DNA of 39,539 bases from positions 1 through 39,539 of the forward strand of contig DASTEM010000254.1 of assembly GCA_035709545.1 (NCBI GenBank). Reading direction: 5' to 3'. Within the stretch, counting starts at the first letter, position 1; every line of letters starts with the position of its first letter. The notes under the pieces are model-generated. The model was given only the letters and a program-made list of their open reading frames with translations, was not told where the DNA came from and ran no database searches. The position numbers and the translations under genes were made by a program. Source of the DNA: Gaiellaceae bacterium. Lineage in GTDB: Bacteria; Actinomycetota; Thermoleophilia; Gaiellales; Gaiellaceae. Of this stretch, positions 24,865 to 31,628 are shown piece after piece.

Positions 24865-25772
24865 CAGAGCGCCGGCACGCGATCCAGTTGCCACTCGGGG
24901 AGGAGGTTCCGTTCTCGAAGGGGCTGATGGCTCGTGCGCTCGTCGTCACCGGTCTTGATCCCGAGCGTGCGTACCTGGTCGCCCGTCGCGTGGAAAGCGA
25001 CCTGGCCGACCGCGGTGCAGTGTCTCTCGATCTCGACCGGCTCGGCGAGATCGCGGCCGAGGTCATCGGCGACGAGGATGCGGCCACGACCGTCCGCCGC
25101 TTGAAGCGGCTCGATGCGTTCGCACGACTCGAGGAGCCACTTCTACTGCTCATCGGCGGCGCGACCGGAACCGGAAAATCGACAATTGCGACCGAAGCCG
25201 CCCACCTCCTCGGCATCACTCGAGTCACGTCGACGGACTTCATCCGGCAGACGATGAGGGCGTTCTTCTCCGAGGAGTTCATGCCCTCGGTCCATTACTC
25301 GAGCTTCGAGGCGCGACTCGCCTTGACGCGAGCCGAGGAGGAGGAGTCGGGAGACGCTGCGATCCTCGGTTACCTTGACCAGACGCGGAACGTCCTCGTC
25401 GGCGTTCACGCCGCCCTGGAACGTGCTGCGACCGAGCACTGGTCGACGGTTCTCGAGGGTGTCCATCTCGTCCCGGGCATGGTCGGCACGGAGTATCCGG
25501 GCGCGTTCGTCGTCCAATGCATCATTGCGATCGAAGACGAGAGCATGCATCGGAGTCACTTCTGGGTACGGGACCGCTCGACAGAGGGGCTGCGGCCTCT
25601 CGAGAGATACCTGGAAGCATTGCCACAAATCCGCGAGATCCAGGACTATCTCATCGAGCGTGCCAGGCGCTACGACGTGCCGGTGATCGTCAACGCCTCG
25701 CTCGAACGCGCGATCGGTGACGTGCTCGAGCTCGTTCTGCGCAGAGCGGACCAGCTCGTCGCCGCAGTCTGA
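24861..25772 (+). CDS. 2-phosphoglycerate kinase-like protein (COG2074 family)
   Basis: ATGA overlap with the upstream stop. N-terminal region has VPFSKGLMARALVVTGLDPERAYLVARRVE. P-loop is LIGGATGTGKSTIA, followed by TSTDFIRQTMR, as in archaeal 2PGK family proteins. Confidence 0.65.
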   Translation: MTERRHAIQLPLGEEVPFSKGLMARALVVTGLDPERAYLVARRVESDLADRGAVSLDLDRLGEIAAEVIGDEDAATTVRRLKRLDAFARLEEPLLLLIGGATGTGKSTIATEAAHLLGITRVTSTDFIRQTMRAFFSEEFMPSVHYSSFEARLALTRAEEEESGDAAILGYLDQTRNVLVGVHAALERAATEHWSTVLEGVHLVPGMVGTEYPGAFVVQCIIAIEDESMHRSHFWVRDRSTEGLRPLERYLEALPQIREIQDYLIERARRYDVPVIVNASLERAIGDVLELVLRRADQLVAAV

Positions 25773-25782
25773 GGCGCGTCTC

Positions 25783-25788
25783 TACACT
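25783..25788 (+). promoter_or_regulatory. -10-like hexamer TACACT, leaderless geometry for the DUF59 gene
   Basis: TANNNT hexamer 6 nt upstream of ATG 25795. Confidence 0.4.
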
Positions 25789-25794
25789 GCGTCC

Positions 25795-26094
25795 ATGGTC
25801 ACGCGCGAGGACGTTGTCGAGGCGCTACACGGGGTCGAGGACCCTGAGTTGGGAATGGACATCGTCGAGCTCGGCCTCATGTACGACGTCGAGGTCGACG
25901 GCCCGCATGTGAAAGTGGTGTACAGCCTGACCTCGATGGGATGCCCAGCCGGGGCGATGATCGCCGAGGGGATCGTCGACGCTGCCCGATCGGTGTCCGG
26001 GGTCGAGGGAGTCGAGGCCGAGCTGACCTTCGACCCACCGTGGACGCCCGACCGCATGTCGGAAGACGCGAAGTTCATCCTCGGTTTCGGCTAG
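25795..26094 (+). CDS. DUF59/MIP18-family protein (SufT/PaaD-like Fe-S assembly factor)
   Basis: 99 aa. Sequence V.DPELGMDIVELGLMYDV...LTSMGCPAG...FDPPWTPDRMSE is the typical DUF59 signature with its conserved Cys. Confidence 0.8.
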   Translation: MVTREDVVEALHGVEDPELGMDIVELGLMYDVEVDGPHVKVVYSLTSMGCPAGAMIAEGIVDAARSVSGVEGVEAELTFDPPWTPDRMSEDAKFILGFG

Positions 26095-26169
26095 GAGGGT
26101 TCGCAGGACGATTGGCGAGCGCTCGCGAAGGCCGCGAACGCGCTCGGCCTCGGGCCCGTTTCATGGCAG

Positions 26170-27159
26170 CTACTTGGGGATGCGCAGGACGACCTTGCCG
26201 AACTGTGCTCCGGACTCCAGGCGAACATGTGCCTGCGCCGCCTCGGCGAGCGGATAGACGCTGTCGACGTGGACGCGTGCACGTCCGGCTCGAATCAGCT
26301 CGTACGCACCCTCGAAGTCCGACGGGAGCCCCATCGTGGAGCCGTAGATCACGAGCTGCTTCCACCAGAGCCGGTACAGGCGGGCGGGTGGGCTGTGCCC
26401 TGAGGTTGCGCCGCACACGACAACTCTGCCCTCCTGCGAGGCTGCGGCGAGCGTGCGCTCCCAGGTGGCCTCGCCGACCGTCTCGACGACAACGTTTGCC
26501 CCGCCTCCCCCGGTCGCCTCCTTCACCGCCGCGACGACGTCTTCCTCGGAATGGCTCACGGTGACGTCGGCGCCGAGCTCGCGCGCACGCTCGAGCTTCC
26601 CCGTGCTCGACGAGGTGACGATCGTGCGTGCTCCGAGCGCACGGCAGATCTCGAACGCCGCCAAGGCGACGCCCCCGCCGATTCCCCAAATGAGCACCCA
26701 CTCACCCTCGCGGACGGCCGCCTTGGTGACGAGCATGCGATACGCCGTCTCGAAGACGAGCGGAAACGCGGCGCCCTCCTCGAACGAGAGCTCGTTGACA
26801 AGCGGGTACAGCTGGGCTGCGGGAATCGTCTTCAGCTCACAGTACGTGCCGTCGGTGTGCTCGCCGATGACCGTGATGCGGCCGTTGTGGACGATCCCCG
26901 GGTTTACGACCACTCGATCGCCGACAGCGAACGTGTCGACGCCGTCACCGAGAGCGACGACGACACCGGCGCCGTCGGCTCCGAGGATGCGCGGCTTCGG
27001 AGCCGACGGCATGCCCTTGCGCACCCAGACGTCGAGGTGGTTGATTCCGGCTGCGCGTAGCGACACGAGCACCTCACCTGGACCAGGCGCGGGGTCGGGA
27101 ACGTCTTCGTAGTGCAGGACGTCCGGCCCGCCGTCCTCGTGTATGCGCACCGCCTTCAC
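26170..27159 (-). CDS. zinc-type alcohol dehydrogenase superfamily / NADPH:quinone oxidoreductase-like protein
   Basis: N-terminus is MKAVRIHEDGGPDVLHYEDVPDPAPGPGEVLVSLRAAGINHLD. Rossmann motif is LIWGIGGGVALAAFEI. 329 aa, GTG start. Confidence 0.88.
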   Translation of the reverse strand: MKAVRIHEDGGPDVLHYEDVPDPAPGPGEVLVSLRAAGINHLDVWVRKGMPSAPKPRILGADGAGVVVALGDGVDTFAVGDRVVVNPGIVHNGRITVIGEHTDGTYCELKTIPAAQLYPLVNELSFEEGAAFPLVFETAYRMLVTKAAVREGEWVLIWGIGGGVALAAFEICRALGARTIVTSSSTGKLERARELGADVTVSHSEEDVVAAVKEATGGGGANVVVETVGEATWERTLAAASQEGRVVVCGATSGHSPPARLYRLWWKQLVIYGSTMGLPSDFEGAYELIRAGRARVHVDSVYPLAEAAQAHVRLESGAQFGKVVLRIPK

Positions 27160-27163
27160 GAGT

Positions 27164-27170
27164 CAGAATC
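27164..27170. promoter_or_regulatory. overlapping back-to-back -10-like hexamers (CAGAAT on +, GATTCT on -) for queG and the oxidoreductase
   Basis: Only 16 nt separate GTG 27159 (minus) from ATG 27176 (plus). CAGAAT 27164-27169 lies 6 nt before ATG 27176. GATTCT (27165-27170, minus) lies 5 nt before GTG 27159. Confidence 0.3.
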
Positions 27171-27175
27171 CTCGC

Positions 27176-28177
27176 ATGACGAGCGCGGAGCTGAGTCGGA
27201 TGGCTGCCGACCTTGGCCTCGATGCCATCGGCGTCACACCTGCAGAGCCGTACGAGCACACCGAGCGGACCATTCGCGATCGCCGTGCTCGCGGGCTCTT
27301 CGCCGACATGCGGTTCACCATGGCGCGCCCCGAGGTGTCCTGTCATCCCGAGCTTCTTCTCGAAGGAGCGCGCTCCGTGATCGCTGCTGCGCTCTGCTAC
27401 TTCGCGCCGGACCCCGAGCCCGACGTCGACGAAGGTCGTCTTCCGCGGTATTCGCGGCGCGACGAGTACTCGCTGCTCCGGGAGCGGCTCGATGCGCTCG
27501 GTCGGGCGCTCGGTGGCGCGTACAGAGTGCTCGTCGACGACAACGACCACGTCGACCGGGAAGCGGCTGTGCGCGCCGGGATCGCCTTCTATGGAAAGAA
27601 CACGATGGCTATTACTCGCCGACATGGCTCGTGGGTCGTCCTCGGGGTCCTCGTCACGGACGTCGAGCTCGAGCCCTCGCCTGCGCTCGAGCTCGATTGC
27701 GGCTCATGCCGCCTGTGCATTGACGCGTGCCCCACGGGGGCGCTCGATACGCCCGGCACTCTGGATTCGACCAAGTGTCTCTCGTATTGGACACAGGCGC
27801 CGTCGTCGATCCCCGAAGAGCACCGGGCCGAGCTCGGCGACAGGGTCTACGGCTGCGACATCTGCCAAGACGTCTGTCCGTGGAACCGCGGAGTCGAGAA
27901 GAGGCGCGAGGACCTTCAGCTCGACGGCGCGACACCAGGTGTCTCTCTGCGCGAGTGGCTCGAGCGACCCGACCGAGAGCTGATCGCCGACTTCGACCGA
28001 CTGTACGTCCCCAGAAACGACGCCCGCTGGCTGCGCCGAAATGCACTGATCGCCGCCGGGAACGTCGGCAGCGACGCACTGATGCCGAGCGTCGAGCGCT
28101 ACCTCGAGAGCGACGACCCGATGCTTCGGGAGACCGCAAAGTGGGCGTCGAGTCGACTCGCCGGACGGTCGCAATGA
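27176..28177 (+). CDS. queG: epoxyqueuosine reductase QueG
   Basis: Two ferredoxin-type clusters, CGSCRLCIDACPTGA and CDICQDVCPWN. The N-terminal domain and the C-terminal HEAT-like AAGNVG...DDPMLRETAKWA are typical of QueG. Confidence 0.88.
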   Translation: MTSAELSRMAADLGLDAIGVTPAEPYEHTERTIRDRRARGLFADMRFTMARPEVSCHPELLLEGARSVIAAALCYFAPDPEPDVDEGRLPRYSRRDEYSLLRERLDALGRALGGAYRVLVDDNDHVDREAAVRAGIAFYGKNTMAITRRHGSWVVLGVLVTDVELEPSPALELDCGSCRLCIDACPTGALDTPGTLDSTKCLSYWTQAPSSIPEEHRAELGDRVYGCDICQDVCPWNRGVEKRREDLQLDGATPGVSLREWLERPDRELIADFDRLYVPRNDARWLRRNALIAAGNVGSDALMPSVERYLESDDPMLRETAKWASSRLAGRSQ

Positions 28178-28818
28178 GCCCGGCCGAGGAAAGCCAGCGG
28201 CTCGCGGTGCTCGTTCACGAGGTCCGAAGCCCGGTCGCCGCGCTTTCAGCGATCTCCGAGACGTTCGCGGACGAGGACCTAGCCGGACCGGCGCGGCTCG
28301 AGCTTTCTCGACTGGCGATCGCGGCCTGCCGGGGCATCCAGCGAGTGGTGATCGACGCTGCGCTGACCTCGGTACGCCTCGAGCGTGTCGACATAGGAGC
28401 GCTCGTCCGGCAAGCCGTGTCGGCAGCCAGGCTCGTCGGGGCATACGTGCAAGAGGAGATCGCCTCCGATCTCCCGCTCATCGCGGCCGACCCCGTGCGC
28501 GTGCGTCAGGCGCTCGACAACCTCATCGCGAATGCGCTGATGCACGGAGGTCCTGATGCGACGTTCGTCGCGAAGGTCTCACTGGCGGCAGGGTTCATTC
28601 TCGTGTCCATCGAGGACACCGGCCCGGGCGTGCCCCTCGTCGATCAGGAGCGGATCTTCGAGTCGGGCGTCCGGCTCGACCTGCGTCGTCCCGGCTCGGG
28701 TCTTGGTCTCGCCGTGGCGCGAGCCATCGCCGAGGCTCATGGCGGGGAGCTGACGTTGGCGTCGATTCCGGGCAAAGGCGCGACATTCACGATCGCGCTG
28801 CCAATTCGCAGTCTCTAG
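28174..28818 (+). CDS. minimal cytoplasmic histidine kinase (DHp + CA only, 214 aa)
   Basis: ATGA overlap with the queG stop. The H-box LVHEVRSPVAAL begins at about residue 12. N-box is LDNLIANALMHGG and G-boxes are IEDTGPGVP and GSGLGLAVARAI. No TM segment or sensor domain. Confidence 0.8.
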   Translation: MSPAEESQRLAVLVHEVRSPVAALSAISETFADEDLAGPARLELSRLAIAACRGIQRVVIDAALTSVRLERVDIGALVRQAVSAARLVGAYVQEEIASDLPLIAADPVRVRQALDNLIANALMHGGPDATFVAKVSLAAGFILVSIEDTGPGVPLVDQERIFESGVRLDLRRPGSGLGLAVARAIAEAHGGELTLASIPGKGATFTIALPIRSL

Positions 28819-29519
28819 CCGGCAGGCACTGCGTCCAGCTCGTAGCGGCGTACGAGATGGCCATTCGCGCCGTGCTCGAGCAGGTCAAACGTCGCTGCAA
28901 GTGGGTCGGAGGTCACCCCACTCGTCGTTGCAACGCGCACGGGGAGCTGGCCGGCCACCTCGTATACCTCAATGAACCCGGGCTGTGCGACGGAGACGTA
29001 GTGAGTCTCGGACAACGGCTCCACCCATACAAAACCCATGCGCTCCCCCTCGCTCGTCGAGCAGAGGAGACCTAGGCGCGGGTCGCGCAGATGACCGGAG
29101 TAGAGCGTCCCATACGCACCGCCGCACCAGCGACGGTCTTCCTCACGGGCACCCGGACTGTTATCGCAACCGAAGACACCTCGTCGCGACTCCTGAACGA
29201 ATGTGACGCTCTCCGAGGAGACGCCCACGCGCTCCACAGAGGGCCCCGCCGCGCTGATGCCCCAGTCCCGCTCTCGTACGCATGACGCCGATGTCGTTTC
29301 TGGCGTGCGTTTGGCGCCATGTACGACTCGGACGCGCGTAAGCACCGTCGGCTGGTCGACGCCCTCGAGCTCGACCGGCAAAGCGGGTGGCGAAGATCCA
29401 TCCATCAATGTCGTAGGGAGGCCACCTCCGTCGGATGAGCATCCCGCGGCGACAAGTGTCGCGAGCAAGACGGGGAGGGACAGACGTAGCCTGCGCCTCC
29501 CCGCTCGGATCTCATCCAC
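28815..29519 (-). CDS. putative lipoprotein (234 aa)
   Basis: Lipobox-like LLATLVAAGCSS follows an Arg-rich N-terminus. GTG 29519 overlaps the upstream gene end by 8 nt. Its stop shares the palindrome CTAG with the convergent kinase stop. Confidence 0.5.
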   Translation of the reverse strand: MDEIRAGRRRLRLSLPVLLATLVAAGCSSDGGGLPTTLMDGSSPPALPVELEGVDQPTVLTRVRVVHGAKRTPETTSASCVRERDWGISAAGPSVERVGVSSESVTFVQESRRGVFGCDNSPGAREEDRRWCGGAYGTLYSGHLRDPRLGLLCSTSEGERMGFVWVEPLSETHYVSVAQPGFIEVYEVAGQLPVRVATTSGVTSDPLAATFDLLEHGANGHLVRRYELDAVPAG

Positions 29520-30135
29520 TCCAGCCGGTTCGACGAACGCCACCGTAACTCGAGTCTCCACGGTAGGTTCGCGTCCAGATGTTCGTCCCGTAGGCCTCGC
29601 CCTTCGCCTCGATGATCTGATCGGTGCCGTCCGCGTTCTTCGCGTAGATCATCCCGATGTGGTTCTGGCTTGCGAGGGCGTCCATCTTGATCAGCGCCGA
29701 TTTGGCGTACGTGATGTTCGGCGCCCCGTCACCGATCTTGAACTCCGCAGCGACGTACGGACCATGGACGCGTCGAAACATTCCCCACTGGTAGAAGCCG
29801 GCGTTCGACTCGGTCTCGGACTCCCGCCACACCTTGAACGTGAACCCCGAGCAGTCGCCACCCTCGCCACCGGTGTTCGGGTTCTCCGTCTCGTCACCGG
29901 GCGAGTCGTCGACGTTGTTGTCGTTCCAGCAGCCACCGCCCCATTGGTAACCCTCATACCTGGCGCGGAGAGCGACGGTAGCGGAGCCGTCGCGGGTGAT
30001 TGCGGGGGCCGGCGTTGGTGCCGCGTAGTTGCAGTTGCTTGCGATGAACTGCGTGTGGTACGCGCTCGCTGTTCCCGCAGCCGAGAGGCACGAGGCGGCG
30101 ACAAACGCGATGAGAAACGTTCGGGTGACGGACAA
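29512..30135 (-). CDS. secreted NlpC/P60 (C40) family cell-wall hydrolase-like protein
   Basis: Signal peptide is FLIAFVAASCLSAAGTASA. Catalytic Cys context is GGDCSGFTFKVW and His context is NHIGMIYAKNADGTDQIIEA. The TTG start abuts the upstream stop (TAGTTG). Confidence 0.7.
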   Translation of the reverse strand: MSVTRTFLIAFVAASCLSAAGTASAYHTQFIASNCNYAAPTPAPAITRDGSATVALRARYEGYQWGGGCWNDNNVDDSPGDETENPNTGGEGGDCSGFTFKVWRESETESNAGFYQWGMFRRVHGPYVAAEFKIGDGAPNITYAKSALIKMDALASQNHIGMIYAKNADGTDQIIEAKGEAYGTNIWTRTYRGDSSYGGVRRTGWSG

Positions 30136-31524
30136 CTAGCTCACCTCCAAGTCGAAGCGATCGACGAAAAGCCCTGCCGGCGTCGATCCAAGCTGATAGA
30201 GCGACGACCCCGCGACGCGGAACCGAGAGAGTGGTGCGGTTTCCGCCCAGTCGGCAGATTCGAGCGAGAACTTCGCAGTGAGTCCGCGCTCACCCATCAC
30301 GAGCGCGACGAACTCGTCTCGATCGTCCGTATAGACGCGCACCACGAGGACGAGGCGGTTCCCGAGTGGTTCCGCCAGCTGGACTTCAGCCAGCGGGGTC
30401 TTACTGGTAATACGCCACGCTTGCTGACGGCCGTTCGCTCGGCGGAGTGCCACGCGGATCTCGTTTAGTTGGCGAAGGATCACGATCTCGCGTCCTCCGG
30501 GGATAAGACGACCGGCCCGACCTCGGCTCCGCTGGCCCGCGGCGCCGAGCGGAGACCCGCCGCTGGCCACCGGCATCCACTGGCCGGATGGGTGCTGAAG
30601 AGCGACTGGGCCGTCCGGGCCGATCCGAATCTGGGACGAGGTCGGCTCTGCGATCTCGAAAGACTCGAGCTCGCGGCCATACCCGTCGAACCGCCGGACG
30701 AGGGGCGAGCGCCCGGGGGCCGCCACCGACTCGAGGATGTACAGACTTCCGTCGGGTGCCAAGGACATGTCGGCGAGAGTCCCGGCGACGGCGACCGGCA
30801 TCCGCTCGGGTGCCCGCGCGCCCTTCTGCCAGCTGAGCACCCGCCGGTTGGCCTCGTCGAGGATGAGAACGGTGCCGTCACGACCCACGTCGAACGACGC
30901 GCCGCCGATCGGAGAGAGATTGCGTCCCTGCTCCAGACCGACGTCCTTGTCGCCGCCGCCCCAGTTAGCCTCGGCGACCCGTGCATCGCGCCGCCGAGTC
31001 AGATCGAACGCGTGTGTGCCAAGATCGATCTGGACGGCGTCGCCGAGAGGAAGGCTTCGTTGCGGAGCCGACGCACCGCCGCTCGGAAGAGTCACGGTTG
31101 CGCCGCTCGCCCGGTCGACGAGTACGGCGTAGTACGAGAACCCGTCGCTCCAGCTGGCAGCCTCCGGAAGTGAAGCGACGTATCGCCCCTCGGTCGCTCT
31201 CTGCTCCTCGACGATCGGGACCTCGGTGAACGCTCCTGATTCACCAGGGCGTACGTAGGCGACCCCGTGGACGTCACACGTGGACTCGTCTCCCTCGTCG
31301 CTGCCGACGCAATATGCGTCGTACCGCAGCGCCACGGGCTCTTCTGGTGTCGTGAGTAGCGGAGGTACGTGCGTCGCAGCGAGCCGCCCCGCGAGCTGCA
31401 CACCAACCGACTGATGTCCCAGCGCGCTGCCGGAGAAGGCGATGACGGCGACGCCTACCGCCAGACCGGCGAGGGTCCCAGCCTGCCCCGCAAGCGTGCG
31501 GCGTGCCCAGCAAGGTAGTCGCAT
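30136..31524 (-). CDS. secreted protein with beta-propeller-like (NHL-type) repeats (462 aa)
   Basis: ATG 31524 has AAGGAG 5 nt upstream. Signal/anchor segment is LAGLAVGVAVIAFSGSALG. Repeats such as DGTVLILDEANRRVL and DGSLYILES are present. The ORF-track N-terminal extension is rejected as Arg/Ser-rich. Confidence 0.6.
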   Translation of the reverse strand: MRLPCWARRTLAGQAGTLAGLAVGVAVIAFSGSALGHQSVGVQLAGRLAATHVPPLLTTPEEPVALRYDAYCVGSDEGDESTCDVHGVAYVRPGESGAFTEVPIVEEQRATEGRYVASLPEAASWSDGFSYYAVLVDRASGATVTLPSGGASAPQRSLPLGDAVQIDLGTHAFDLTRRRDARVAEANWGGGDKDVGLEQGRNLSPIGGASFDVGRDGTVLILDEANRRVLSWQKGARAPERMPVAVAGTLADMSLAPDGSLYILESVAAPGRSPLVRRFDGYGRELESFEIAEPTSSQIRIGPDGPVALQHPSGQWMPVASGGSPLGAAGQRSRGRAGRLIPGGREIVILRQLNEIRVALRRANGRQQAWRITSKTPLAEVQLAEPLGNRLVLVVRVYTDDRDEFVALVMGERGLTAKFSLESADWAETAPLSRFRVAGSSLYQLGSTPAGLFVDRFDLEVS

Positions 31525-31536
31525 ATGCACTCCTTT

Positions 31537-31556
31537 GGTTGTCTGATACGACAACC
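31537..31556 (-). other. perfect 7-bp hairpin abutting the ribosome-binding site of the secreted operon
   Basis: The minus-strand sequence is ggttgtc-gtatca-gacaacc, followed directly by aAAGGAGtgcatATG. Confidence 0.5.
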
Positions 31557-31628
31557 GTGCCAGGCTCGAACAGCACCTGCAATGCCCGCGCGCAAATCGG
31601 CACGAACTCGTTGCGGTTGCGCCAGGGT

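Noticed and set aside
31547-31563. Sigma-54-like element CTGGCACGgttgTCGTA on the minus strand upstream of the secreted operon
   Set aside because: The -12 element is TCGT rather than TTGC. No enhancer-binding protein is nearby, and sigma-54 is generally absent from Actinomycetota-like genomes. Probably coincidental.
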